64,000 bases of DNA from Macrostomum lignano (lineage: Eukaryota): the NCBI GenBank assembly GCA_002269645.1, contig NIVC01000714.1, positions 310,001-374,000 of the forward strand, given 5' to 3'. The notes under the pieces are model-generated. The model saw only the letters and a program-made list of their open reading frames with translations. It was not told the DNA's origin and searched no databases. A program made the position numbers and the translations under genes. This document shows, piece after piece, positions 12,957 through 27,748 of this stretch; position 1 is the stretch's first letter, and each line of letters starts with the position of its first letter.

Positions 12957-13071
12957 GCGAACTTCGGGCGAGGCACTGCTCGATGACGTCCTTCCACGCG
13001 TCACCAGCGGGCTCGCTGTCGCTTCCTGTGTCCAACGGCTGCACCTTGGAGCCGATGCAGGCGCAGGCATT
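12957..13071 (-). CDS. NIBAN: Niban/FAM129 homolog exon, end of PH domain (...AGDAWKDVIEQCLARSS)
   Basis: Donor GTAAGT, phase 1; WKDVIEQC resembles WQAVLQDC; several in-frame acceptors possible, so the 5' boundary is uncertain. Confidence 0.7.
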
Positions 13072-13096
13072 CTACAATTGTTTGTGTGCTCATTGT

Positions 13097-13765
13097 CAAA
13101 TGAAATGGCGCCCTCAATCAAATGAACTGGCGCCCTCAATCAAACGAAATGGCGCCTTCAATCAAATGAATTGGCGCCCTCAATCAAATGAAATGGCGCC
13201 CTCAATCAAATGAAATGGCGCCCTCAATCAAATGAACTGGCGCCCTCAATCAAACGAAATGGCGCCTTCAATCAAATGAATTGGCGCCCTCAATCAAATG
13301 AAATGGCGCCCTCAATAAAATGAAATGGCGCCCTCAATGAAATAAAATGGCGCCCTCGATCAAATGAAATGGCGCCCTCAATCAAATGAAATGGCGCTCT
13401 CAATCAAATGAAATAGCGCCCTCAATCAAATGAAATGGCGCCCTCGATCAAATAAAATGGCGCCCTCAATCAAATGAAATAGCGCCCTCAATCAAATGAA
13501 CTGGCGCCCTCAATCAAATGAAATGGCGCCCTCAACCAAATAAAATGGCGCCCTCAATCAAATGAAATGGTGCCCTCAACGAAATGAAATGGCGCCCTCA
13601 ATCAAATGAACTGGCGCCCTCAATCAAATGAAATGGCGCCCTCGATCAAATAAAATGGCGCCCTCAATCAAATGAAATGGCGCCTTCAACCAAATGAAAT
13701 GGCGCCCTCAATCAAATGAAATGGCGCCCTCAATCAAATGAAATGGCGCCCTCAATCAAATGAAG
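13097..13765. repeat. 22-bp intronic minisatellite (AAATGGCGCCCTCAATCAAATG)
   Basis: Direct inspection. Confidence 0.95.
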
Positions 13766-13900
13766 CGATGCCCAGTGAAATAAAGCAGCGCTCAGTCAAG
13801 TAAAATGGCGCCACATCAAATGAGATTTGCACCAAAGCGTCAGTTTTTCAGTGGAGTGCGACTCCGGTGACAAAGAGGACAAAGCAGGTCACAGGCTTAC

Positions 13901-14263
13901 CCCGGGCGGCTTGTACAGCTGGAACACTCGGTTGACTCGGAACGGGTGAGCCAAGGCCCAGGCGTGTCGCGGATAACCGACCTCGGGCTGGTCGCAGTCC
14001 AGCTCCGCGCAGATGCTCCGGACTTCGCCCAGGTAGTGCTCAGTGACATTGCGCACCAGCTGGTAGCCCGCCGTCCTGATCACCTCCTTGGCCTTGGCGG
14101 GGTCGCTGTCTGCGGCTGCTTTGGTGTCGCTGAACACGCCCAGATTGCCGTCTGGTAGTTCAACGAGGTGAACCTGCGACCATCTGCCGAAGCCGCCTTC
14201 GTTCGGGCCGGAGCGCAGGTAGCACAGGCCGGAGTGCAGGTTGGATGGCGTGATCGAGTCCCA
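13901..14263 (-). CDS. NIBAN: Niban/FAM129 homolog exon, PH domain (WDSITPSNLHSG...EVIRTAGYQLVRNVTEHYL...WALAHPFR...)
   Basis: 363 nt, phase 0/0, GTAAGC donor; matches FAM129B AVINSAGYKILTSVDQYL and LILWHPYAR as recalled. Confidence 0.85.
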
Positions 14264-14314
14264 CTGGGTGGCCGTTGGATTGGGGCGGAATGTAGCCTTA
14301 ATCGCTTCGATTCT

Positions 14315-14930
14315 GTAGCTTACTCCTCTTAACCATTTAGCTTAATCCCTTTCATCTGGTAGCTTACTCCTTTTAACCATTTAGCTTAATCCCTTTCATC
14401 TGGTAGCTTACTCCTTTTAACCATTTAGCTTAATCCCTTTCATCTGGTAGCTTACTCCTTTTAACCATTTAGCTTAATCCCTTTCATCTGGTAGCTTACT
14501 CCTTTTAACCATTTAGCTTAATCCCTTTCATCTGGTAGCTTACTCCTTTTAACTATTTAGCTTAATCCCTTTCATCTGGTAGCTTACTCCTTTTAACCAT
14601 TTAGCTTAATCCCTTTCATCTGGTAGCTTACTCCTTTTAACCATTTAGCTTAATCCCTTTCATCTGGTAGCTTAATCCTTTTAATCTAGTAGCTTAATCC
14701 TTTTAAACTGGAACCTTAATCCTTTAAATCTGGTAGTCTTATCATTTTAACCTGTTAGCCTAATCCTTTAAATCTGGTAGCTTAATCCTTTTATTTGGTA
14801 GCCTAATCCATTGAATCTGGTAGCTTAATCAATTTCATCTGGTAGCTTAATTCTTTTAACCTGGTAGCCTAATTCCTAAAATCTGGTAGCTTAATCCCTT
14901 TAATCTGGTAGCGTATTACTTTTAACCTGG
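14315..14930. repeat. 44-bp (2x22 bp) intronic minisatellite decaying into 22-bp monomers
   Basis: Unit AGCTTAATCCCTTTCATCTGGT-AGCTTACTCCTTTTAACCATTT. Confidence 0.9.
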
Positions 14931-15146
14931 TTGCTGGTACATGTTAGATGGTGAACCGGTAAATGGTAGGGTAATCCCATCAGCCTTATAGCTTAATCCC
15001 CTATAGGGTTGCTGCTGACTTCTGCGCACCCAAATCCCATGGAAACGGATGCAGCGCTTAGGTTTTATAAAACCCTAAGTCAAGAGCAGCCCATCACCCC
15101 ATCTGTTTTCTAGAATATGTGGCAATGTGTATTAAATACTACTCAC

Positions 15147-15286
15147 ATCCCGGTACTGCAGCTCTCGCGAGTCGTCAGACTCGGCCTTCTCCTCCTCAAA
15201 TTCGGCCTTGAGCCTCAGAAAGATGGCCGCAGGGAAAGATTTGGCAAAGGCGAGGCCGAACTGGGTCAGGAATTCTTCGGTTTTGG
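15147..15286 (-). CDS. NIBAN: Niban/FAM129 homolog early exon (AKTEEFLTQFGLAFAKSFPAAIFLRLKAEFEEE...ELQYRD)
   Basis: TTGCAG acceptor, GTGAGT donor, phase 1/0; resembles the FAM129B N-terminus KTGKILTEFLQFYEDQYGVALF. The start codon was not located; candidate upstream micro-exons are 15338-15365 and 16485-16555. Confidence 0.8.
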
Positions 15287-15414
15287 CTGCAATTGAAGGT
15301 CGATGGTTGTGCCCGAATCAGCTACTGGAAGTAGTACCTGAGCTTGTAAATTTATGAGCTGGGATCTGCAGACCCGGTTGCTAAGGAAGACATTGATAAG
15401 AACTGACAAATCAG

Positions 15415-16290
15415 AGCAATGAGATTCCTTCCTACGAGTAGAATAATGGAGAGATGAGATTCCCAGAATGAGAAAGTGATGAGATTCCTAGAACGAGAGA
15501 TGAGATTTCCAAAATGAGAGTGAGATGAGATTCCTAGAATGAGAGATGAGATTCCCAGAATGAGAAAGCGATGAGATTCCTACAACGAGAGATGAGATTT
15601 CCAGAATGAGAGTGAGATGAGATTCCTAGAATGATAGAGAGATGAGATTCTTAAACTAAGAGCAATGAGATTCCTAGAATGAGAGATGAGATTCCTAGAA
15701 GAGAGAGAGAGAGAGAGAGATAAGATTCCTAAAATGAGAAATGAGATTCCTAAAATGAGAGATGAGATTCCTAGAATGAGAGAGAGAGATGAGATTCCTA
15801 AAATGAGAGCGATGAGATTCCTACAATAAGAGAGATGAGATTCCTAGAATGAGAGATAGGATGAGATTCCTAAAATGAGAGAGATGAGATTCCTAGAATA
15901 AGAGAGAGATGAGATTCCTGCAATGAGAGAGAGATGAGATTCCTAGAATGAGAGAGAGATGAGATTCCTAGAATGAGAGAGAGATGAGATTCCTACAATG
16001 AGAGAGAGATGATATTCCTAGAATGAGAGAGAGATGAGATTCCTAGAATGAGAGAGAGATGAGATTCCTACAATGAGAGAGAGATGATATTCCTAGAATG
16101 AGAGAGAGATGAGATTCCTAGAATGAGAGAGAGATGAGATTCCTACAATGAGAGAGAGATGATATTCCTAGAATGAGAGAGAGATGAGATTCCTAGAATG
16201 AGAGAGAGATGAGATTCCTACAATGAGAGAGAGATGATATTCCTAGAATGAGAGAGAGATGAGATTCCTACAATGAGAGAGAGAGAGAGC
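15415..16290. repeat. ~22-24 bp minisatellite (GAGAGATGAGATTCCTAGAATGA)
   Basis: Direct inspection. Confidence 0.92.
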
Positions 16291-16738
16291 CGGTATTCTT
16301 ATAGCGAGGGAATTTCGATAATCTTGAGGTTAAAGTTGGAGTCTCTGACAAATCCTAGAGTTAATGGACACTGAGGTTCTTAGAGGGAGGACAATGAGAT
16401 TATATAAGATTTCTGCTTTCAGAGTCAGCCCCGGTCAGTTGCGCGTTCGACAGCAGACTCCGAACCAAATCGCAAGTTACTCACGTCCAATATTGTCCAT
16501 TCCGATCGATACTTTATCGCATTGAATAAAGTAGCAAAATTGCTGGCAGTTTTGACTGTAAAATGGAACCGAACAAGAGTTTTAAAAATAAATGCATATT
16601 TGTCACTGCAGTTTTGTAGGCAAACAGCGACAGTACTTGTGGTTGCTAGGCGCCCGAGACCCCGTTGCTAAGTAAAACCTTAATGAGTCCAGATTGGAGC
16701 ACTTAGCCATAATTATTCCCAAGTATTCCCAATAGTTG

Positions 16739-16753
16739 GTTGCTATTGGCAAC
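16739..16753. promoter_or_regulatory. Candidate RFX X-box (GTTGCTATTGGCAAC)
   Basis: Near-palindromic match to the relaxed RFX consensus; GTTGCTA half-sites at ~16642 and ~16664. Confidence 0.3.
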
Positions 16754-17469
16754 TAATTGAGTACACAGAAGTTTGCTCTCTCTTTAATCAAGAGTGTGAC
16801 ATGCACATGGGACTTCTGAATTGTTGTGAGCGGAAATCTCCTCACCTCATGATGCTTGACAATACTGGGATCAACTTCAGCTCCAATTATTAATGATTTA
16901 ATTATATGTTAGCCCGAAACCGATTGCTGATTAACAAACTTCCACAGTTTGCAATTGCAAGTGGCTAAACAAACACTGCTAGAAATATGATGTACGAGTT
17001 GAATTCGTTATCAACCGGTTGTATTTATGCGTGTATGGCGGGCTTATTTTGACTGTGAACAGGTCGCAGAACCTGCATTCGCGAGTTTAACCAAATATAG
17101 TAGCTTAGGTAAATTTTTGCGCTATACCTGCGAGCTCGTTTAATCTTATCACTTTAATGTTGGTCTACATGATCTTTATTTATAAGTCCTGTAAACATCC
17201 GCAGTTAAATATGATCTGGTCCCGCGAGTCACCTTACTTATGCATCATCACTCAGCAGAGTTTGAAGCGCTAGGCTAAAATGCGATTTAAAATTCATTTT
17301 CATGGCGCCAATGTGCCATAGCTAGCTCAAGCCAAGCTCACGTACCGTTGGACATTTTTAGAAGCCGCTAACTACCGCTATAAAGCACGATAGCTAAATT
17401 AAATATGTCAACCTGTGGTAAGCGGAACGCTGAGCACACGGGCACACGCTCCGTAAGGGAGTTGCAGCC

Positions 17470-17625
17470 TACTGGCTAGAGCGTCGGAGTCACGACTTGA
17501 AGGTCGGGGTTCGATTTTCGATACACTCGGAACAGATTGTGTCCTTGAGCACAGTTTGTGTCTTTACTCTGCATCTGCTTCAGTTTATCCAGTTGTAAAA
17601 TGGGGGTCATTGAGGCTGTGTGGCT
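17470..17625 (+). mobile_element. SINE family A, copy 2
   Basis: TGGCTAGAGCGTCGG...GGGTTCGATTTTCG then GTGTCCTTGAGCA...CTTCAGTTTATCCAGTTGTAAAATGGG. Confidence 0.7.
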
Positions 17626-17729
17626 CGGAGCGAGCTGGACGCGTTGAAGCTCCGCTCTGTCAAACCCTGATTGCAGCACTAAAAAGCAAACAGCTAGAGT
17701 AGTTTTCTTTAGAGGCAGGGGCCTGTGTG

Positions 17730-18067
17730 CTGCACCCTGGCGCACTTTAAGCGACATTGTCACACAACCGGCGAGAGGCATTACTGCCCATTCCGCCGAC
17801 TCCCCTGAGCAGGCACACAAGCGCGCGGATACGTACGCAGGCACACACTCACACAGGAGTGTACAGCGGCCCTAACTTTATATTATCGTTAGGCATGTAC
17901 ACTTCACTGCGCCTTGGGGGGGTTGGCTCTCAAGGCCGTTAATTTCACGAGCAGAGCCAAGCCGAGATTCCAATTCAGCCCCAAATTAATGTGACTGCAC
18001 TTGGAATCGAGCCTGGGCCGCTGGCACATCAGAGCGCCGCGCTGGGACCACTGGGCTGCGGACCCCA
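17730..18067 (-). mobile_element. SINE family B, copy 2
   Basis: Reverse-complement similarity along the length of 3395-3743. Confidence 0.8.
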
Positions 18068-18296
18068 ACCGCTAGAGTGACTGTTGGCCCAGCTTTGTGT
18101 TGAGAATCACATTGCTCAAATTTATTATTCTCACGGAGCTGCCCGCCCGGCTCTGATGGAACTCAGCGGCGCTGTCGCTCTCTATCAGCTGTGCCGCGCT
18201 TCTCTGGGCAATGCCGAGCTCGAACCCCTGACCTCAGCTGCTACCCGAATCCTGCGCCAAAGCGCTCCAAAAACTCGCCTAACGGTGCCAACGACA

Positions 18297-20340
<2,044 letters not shown>

Positions 20341-23300
20341 CTCTTCTATGTGGCCAACCTTCTCGCGGTGGAGAGCGGACGGGGAAAACCCCGGCAAAGA
20401 GGCTACAAGGGAAAGACGCTCGGAGGAAGGCGAGGAGGAGACTCCAACCGACCGACCGGCCCTTTTCAGCAACGACATTCGGAGGTAGCCGAACCGAATG
20501 TCGAGATAAATCAGGCCAAACCCAACAGGGTAGAGGAGGGAAGGGACAACAGACAGAGAAGCGAAGAGGTCGAATGGAGACTGCGCACGATTGAGCCGAA
20601 CCCAGGACCGAAAACGGAGAAGGAGAAAACACAGAGAGGAAAGAGGAGAGCACGGAGGAGACAGCGGAGAAGAAACGAGAAGAGAAACGAAAGAAGAGAG
20701 AAAGCGGAGAATAAAGAATGGAGGATCACCACACGGAATGTGAGGAACGCAAATATCGCAGGCAGACGTTTCGGAGAGATCGTGAAAAAATCGTAAGAGA
20801 GAAGTGGCAGAAGACACTAATTAGCGAGTTAAGAGCTGAGGGAGGAGGAGTAAAGACATACGAGCGTATCAGCACGGAAAGACACAACTGCACCTAATAC
20901 ACTCAAAAAGGACGGGGATTGCAATGAACACCGAGACGTGCAAGATGTGGATAGACAGCGGTAAGAAAAGCCAAACGACGACCGAGAGAGCGATAATGAT
21001 CAAGATCTACGGTACAAGTTTCATCAGTGTGTAAAAACCAGTGAAAGGGAGCCAAGCGTATCAAGAAGACCTAGCCCTAGTGAGATTTGAAATTGAGAGA
21101 TTCCTCCGGATGGAGAGCAAGGATGAACCGTTTATCATAGGAGGCGATTTTAACACCCAGATCGGACAAACAGAAGATACCAGCAAACATCGAGGCAAGT
21201 TCGGCCTCAACAAAACGAACCAACAAGGAGACGACCTAATGCAATGGATCACGGAAAATGGCTGGACTTGGGTAAACTCCTTCAGAGTAAGAAAAAGAGA
21301 AACATGGCAGAACCCCAACTCCTGGAGCCAAAGACAGACACACACTAGTGAAGTCGATGAAAGTGCACAATGGAGACAACCTATCCGACCACCTGGCGCG
21401 CACAATTGTCGTCAGGGCACTGGCACCCAAGAAGAGCAAGAAGCGGGGAGAACAAAGAAGAAAAGGAATGAAAGAAACCAAGGTCAACTGGCAAGCTCTA
21501 TACAACGAAGAGATAGCTGAAAAAATGAGAAAAGATATGGAAGAACGCTATAGCAGCGCATCAAAGACATCAAATTGGGAAGAAACGAAGAACTTCATTC
21601 TGCAGAGCGCATTACAGGTATGTGGAAGAAGAAAGAAAAGACAGATCAACCCATGGATGCAAGGACACGAGAATGAGATCGAGGAATTCAATAAGAACCT
21701 CAGAGAAAGATTGAAAGAAAGGAACGAGGCACGAAGAGACCCAACTGTAACGGAGGAGGAGAAACGGAGAGCTGAAAGCAGACTGAGGGACCACCGCAAA
21801 AGTTACAGAGAGAAAACAAAAGAATGGGAAGAAGAATGGTGGGACACGATCGCGAGCGAGTGCAAGGAAGCAGCAGAGAAAGGCCAGATTGGACTCATGT
21901 ACGAAAAGCTCAGACAACTCGATAGACGTGGGGAATGCACGAACTTTAAACCAGCTACAGTTGATGAAAACGAATTTAAAGAACACCTACAAGAAGTCCA
22001 GAGACGGAGAATCGAAAGCTGCGAAACTCAAATACTGAAGACGGTGAAGGAAACCCCCAAATCAAACACTCAGATCGCGAGAAGAGAGAACGGGATACTC
22101 ACAAGGGAGATTACTGACGAAGAGATTGAGATAGCCATCAAATGTATGAAGGACAAAACACCTGGGCAAGACGAGATACGCCTTCGTTACATAGCGGAAG
22201 CATCACCAAAAGTGAAGAAAGCAGCATACACAAGGATCAAATTCCTTTTTGCACACAGCGCGGAAGATTGGGACGAGAGTGAGAAAATCGGCTTAATCAT
22301 CCCTTTGTTCAAGAAGGGAGACCGGAGAGACCTAAACAACTACCGAGGAGTATGCCTACTACCAATATTAAGCCGAATCGTCGCAAGGATACTAGCCACA
22401 AGAATAAGGATATGGGCAGAGAGCCTAGAATTATTCGACGACAACCAATGTGGTTTTAGGAGCGGAAGATCAACGGCAGACAGCACGCAAATCTTCGTCC
22501 GAATACACGAGGACCTGACAGAGTACAGAGAAGCACGAAGAATGAACGGAGACAAGAACCTCGAGCAAGATGAGATGGCAATTCTGATGGACCTAAAAAA
22601 GGCATACCCGAGAGTATGCAAACCGATGATATGGGCATTGCTCTCACATCTAAGGATGCCGAAAGAGACGATACGTAAATTACAAGACCTACACCAGAAC
22701 ACACTATACCAAGTGAAGGGCGGGGAAGGAGTGAGCGAAGGTTGGACACCAGGGGGGTGTTTCTCGAAACTCACGTAAGTTCTATGGTAAGTTAGATCGT
22801 AAGAAAGAAATCTACGTGTAGCGTAAGTTTGCTCGTAAGACGCTTTCTCAAAACTCACTTAGACTTTGCGTGGCTTACGCTGTTCGTAAGTCGTATCTGA
22901 AACGAAAAGTTGCATGTCTATGGTCATAAATCTGTAAATATCTTTACTTTTTCTATCGTAAGTTGCTTTCGACAAAGACCCACCTTCGATAAATTTAACT
23001 TGACTTGGCTTGACTAAAGCTTCACGTACTATGCGATTAGTGCTTAAGTGCGTCTTACGACTGATACCGAGCAGTCGTAGGGTTAAGATCAACCTTACGA
23101 AAGACCATAGACATACGAACGTTTCGAGAAACAGTCTTTCGCGCAAAGTTACGAACTCGTAAAGTTGCGATCAATCTTACGCATGGCTAACTTGCGAGCC
23201 CTTCGAGCAACCCGTAAGTGTAGCTTACCCAACTTAGGTCTATGGTCTATCGTAATTTGCTTTCGAGAAAGACCCCCCTGATACCAATACAACTCAGAAA

Positions 23301-24367
23301 ACCGAACCCATTTGTTCCAGACCTCTTCGCGGACGACACCACCTTAATAGGGAACCGCGGTGAACTGACCGATGGCCTCGGAATAACAAAAGAGGTCATG
23401 CAATGGTTGGAGGAGAAGACCAACGACCAGAAGCAAGAGGACCTCCTCTTCGGAACACCAGGAGGCACGGTGGGGATGCTAGGAAGCTGGCTAGACGGAG
23501 AATAAGACGTGAGGCAGAGGATCGGCAGAGCAAATAAGAGCTGGAAGACAATAAGGAAACGCTTCGTAAAGTGCAGACTGTCAAAGAGAACACAAGGGCG
23601 AGTGATTGAAGCCTGTGTCGAGAGCACACTTCTGTATCAAGCCAACGTGAGACCGTTCCACCTGTCCCATATAAAGAAAATGCAGCGATGCATGGACAGA
23701 ATGTATCGGTTCGTCTGGAGCTCTAAAGTGAAGGAACCAATCAGAGAAATGGAAGAAAAGGGGGTGAATATGCAAGACATCAGAAACGAACTAGGCGTCG
23801 CATCGGTGAGATCAAAGATTGAACGCACACATCTCATCCGTGTTGGGCACGTATTACGCATGCCAGACGGGAGACAGACCAAAAAAGCAGTTTTAGGCTG
23901 GTACAAGAGGCTGGAAGGAATCGGGAAGAGAAGACAACGGAGGAACCAGACAATTGACTTTTGGAGGAAATTGCTACGGGAAGCAGGAATCGAACCAGAG
24001 AGCGCAGAAAGACTTACACCAGAACGATCGACTTGGAGATCGATTGTGGAAGCAAGGACGAGAGAAATGCGAGAATAGAATGGGAGGAACGTCAAGGAAA
24101 AAAGGCGGAGGGAAGAAATCGTAATAACCCGAGACAGAGATCCCACCCACCGGCAGAAACGGAAAAGGAACCGGAAGTTATACGGGAAGAGAGGGGAAGA
24201 AGGAAGGAGAAGAGAACGGAGTTCAAATGCGAATATGAAGGATGTGAGAAAATCTGCAAAAGTAAAGCGGGACTAGTGATTCATGAGAAGAGAATGCACC
24301 ACGTTAGGGACGCACAAGTGATGTTCGAGTGCAGCAAGTGCAAGAAAACATTCACGCAAGAAGCTGT
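20341..24367 (+). pseudogene. APE-type non-LTR retrotransposon (RTE-like), copy 2: near full length, disrupted by frameshifts and a MITE, 3'-truncated
   Basis: IIGGDFNTQIG (APE), PLFKKGDRRDLNNYRGVCLL, QCGFRSGRST, DLKKAY, LFADDTTLIG (RT), CEYEGCEKICKSKAGLVIHEKRMH. Confidence 0.9.
22750..23280. mobile_element. MITE with ~21-bp TIRs inserted in the LINE RT
   Basis: Left CAGGGGGGTGTTTCTCGAAA; right end TTTCGAGAAAGACCCCCCTG; interrupts the RT between WTP and the LFADD region. Confidence 0.8.
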
Positions 24368-24904
24368 TGTGTCGTGGCAAGGAGCCCGTAAAAGGGCCGT
24401 TTTACTGACTAATTAAAAGGGTTTTTTTCTTACTACTCTACCGTCAGAGAGCAACCTATGGTTCGTCTTTTTGAGAAACCTAAAGATGATAAAATTTTGT
24501 CAGGAATTGCGATAGCAGGGATAAAACTAACTGCTAAGAAGATCAATCAAACAGCACACGATTAAAAGTAACATTACTAACGTCGAGAAAAGCAGATACC
24601 CCAATCCTAGATTATAGAGCGTCGTCAAGTTTAAATTGAACGCGTCAAAAATCGGTGAATTTTTCCCGGTTTCCGCTCACAGACAGACAGACAGACAGAC
24701 AGCACAGTCGGTCTTCCAGACACCTGTCCTGCAGAAGCTGGAACTCAGCGGCCGTCGTCTCTCCAGCGCTGAGGCCATAGCAGCGATAATTGCTAATTTG
24801 TAGTTTTTTACTGTAAATTTCATATATGCGTTTGTGTGAAGCTTGTCTTGTGGAATCGCAAAAGTAAACCGACTAGTCAAATTGACGAGAGTCCTGACGA
24901 AACA

Positions 24905-25134
24905 TGGAGTAGGCTGCGTACGGCTGTTCAGTCCAAGGACTGGGGGGTCCAAGGACACACGCACACACACCCTCAATAACCTCAGCTAATGCTGGCACCC
25001 ATTTTACAGCTGGGTGAACTGAAGCAAAGCGCAGAAATACGTGTCTTGCTCAGTTACAATTGTTTTCTGCGTGGGTCGAAAATCGAACCCACGAGGTCGT
25101 GACTACGACGCTCTAATCACTAGACTAAAGCCCC
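24905..25134 (-). mobile_element. SINE family A, copy 3
   Basis: Minus strand starts GGGGCTTTAGTCTAGTGATTAGAGCG, B box GGTTCGATTTT; shares CAGCTAATGCTGGCACCCATTTTACAGCTGGGTGAACTGAAGC with copy 1. Confidence 0.8.
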
Positions 25135-27293
25135 TAAGCTCTACACGGTTGAACAGCAGAACGACGATCTAGGATCCTACGGCCGCAAATCCAGCCTCCT
25201 CCTATAGAAAGCACTCACCTGTTGAATCCTCAACAGAGATGTACAGATTAGGCTTGCAGTCCCATCTAGGGCAGATCTACGTTTGCCTGGCATCGCACGA
25301 GTGGTTAAGTGACGACCTCCTCGACTGTTTGACGTTCCTTAATCGCTAGTTCTATTTCCGTTCGTGTTATGAAAATTTGAGAAACGAAATCCGAACGAAG
25401 TTGGAGCCAACAAGCAAACGAAGTTGGATGGCTTAGAGACGCAACTCGAAAAACGGAGATACTGATCAGTAAAACACGAATAAGCATGTTAGAAATCATT
25501 TGACTTCATTTTTACACAGGTCTTCAGGGTGAAATAACAAAATAACATCTGCTTGTTTTAATCTAAATAATTTGGCTTCAGAATATGCTTCCGAAACAGT
25601 GGTTAAACTGGAAAAGATTGTCTTCTGGTTGAAATAAATTGTCGATCTCAAGTTCGTTTGTCACAAATTAGCTGCATTAAGATCGTGCTTGTTAACCACT
25701 CGAATCTGTCCATCTGTCAAACCTTTCAGATTCTCTGAAACAAGGCGCCAGCATGAATGCGTTGAAATTTCTAATTTTTCATAATTTTTTGTAGTCTTTT
25801 TTGTTGGCAGCACCATCATTTTTAAATAATCAAAAATGCCCGAAAGCCGCACCAACTACATGTACCTAGTAGAACGTTCATTGTCGTTTTTTACATCTTT
25901 TAGTGTTAAATGTTCGGTGACCGTCTGATGAAGCACCGTTCTCCTTAAGACCACCATTCAAGCAGTGAATACTAGAACTGCTAACTTTTATAAATCAGCA
26001 CTATTGTCTCCAAGACGCGGATTGGGCAAGCGAGGTTTGTTTGAGACCCTAGGCAGTTACAGCTGAATTCAATCGAAGCCGCCAATGGTCAAGCACTTTG
26101 AGCTTGAGTGGCCAACTAAAATCATTTTGAGCGCGGGGTGGATGCTCGCTTATTGCTAGACTTGTAGGCGCGTCTCTCTACTCTGGCAAAGGACAGGATT
26201 GTTTGTTTATAGAGCCGGTTGAAGCTAAAAAAATTGAAGACAGAATAATGAAGGGAAGCTTCTATAAGATTCATTGATTTCGTATTTCTAACTTTGAGGC
26301 TGCTCTGTTGATCATAAAACTTTATAGGATCGACCTGGTCTTTGGTCAAACACTTTATCAGTGGCTATAGGGCTTGCGAGGGCTGGATAACCCTAAGCAG
26401 CTTACAACATGGCGAACTGGAGCTCAAATAAGTATTGAGATGTATGAGATCTGTATTTGCGAATATCTGATTGCCAGAACGGCAGGTGCGCCAAATAGAA
26501 AATTTCAAAATCTATGTAAACTTTTTTCAGTTTAAATTAGCCCTGAAAGAAACATTTGAACAGGTTTTAAAAGAAAAATGCGTAAAACTATAACAATTAA
26601 CTTCAAATTGGTGACATGACCGTACGCGGGTTTCAACCTCCGCTGATGTCATCCCCCTACTAAGACAAAGACGCTAAGCGATTGGGTTTTAGAATAGAGG
26701 TAGCCTTATATAAGTACATTTGGTGGTTCCATCTTAACATAATCTTCGTATGATAAAGTAGGCTTTAAGCGTATCGGATAAGCCTGTGGCACTAGTTACT
26801 ATTGATCTGTTGTATCCTATAGCTACTCGTTCATATGGTTGGAGACCCTGAAGTGTTATGAATCAAAAAGCCTGGTAGTGCTCAGTCTGACCCTTGATTC
26901 ACAGAAGTCAGCGGAAGCGATTACTTACGCGTAGATCAGTGCAGCAAAGGTAGAGAAAGTAGGTTAGCTGCTGTAGGTTAAATTACTCTAAATTAGTGCT
27001 CTATAAACCATAAAATTAGATTAGCTTTAAAATCAATTTAAAATCGACTTTAAATGCATTTAAAACCTAACCCAAAGCCAAGAGGCAAAGCATTGATATA
27101 TAAACGCGTCCATTTGGGGCTTGTGCCTAAAACATGGGGCCAACCCGGTCAACCCCAGGACACACAGATCGAGAGCGTAAATGCCTGATGATTAGAAAGT
27201 ACACCCAGCGTGGTCCCTACAATAGTTCCTAAATATATTAGATTAGAAATGATCCTTGTATAGGATTTCTAACTCCTACATCGATGCGTGTAG

Positions 27294-27748
27294 GGGTCGC
27301 CATCATAAACCCGAAAAATCACAACTCCGAAAGCACTTCCCATCATAAACCCGAAATATCATAAACCCGAAATATCATAAACCCGAAATATCACAAACCC
27401 GAAATATCACAAACCCGAAATATCATAAACCCGAAATATCATAAACCCGAAATATCACAAACCCGAAATATCATAAACCCGAAATATCATAAACCCGAAA
27501 TATCACAAACCCGAAATATCATAAACCCGAAATATCACAAACCCGAAATATCACAAACCCGAAATATCATAAACCCGAAATATCATAAACCCGAAATATC
27601 ATAACTCCGAAAGTGCTAGCACTGCTAGCATGATGGGCGTTGCTATTTTGGTTTTCGGAAATATGATATTTCGGGTTTGTGATATTTCGGGTTTATGATG
27701 AAAAGCGCTTTTCGGAGTTGTGATTTTTCGGGTTTATGATGCCCCCCC
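27294..27748. mobile_element. Foldback-type MITE with tandem 17-bp subrepeats in its inverted arms
   Basis: Arms CATCATAAACCCGAAAAATCACAACTCCGAA and inverse; flanking direct repeat GCGTGTAG at 27286-27293 and 27749-27756. Confidence 0.8.

Noticed and set aside
24700-24830. Possible exon on the minus strand (GLSAGETTAAEFQLLQDR)
   Set aside because: Splice-like ends but no recognisable homology or partner exons.
25540-26400. Degenerate transposase-like ORF fragments
   Set aside because: No diagnostic motifs recognised.
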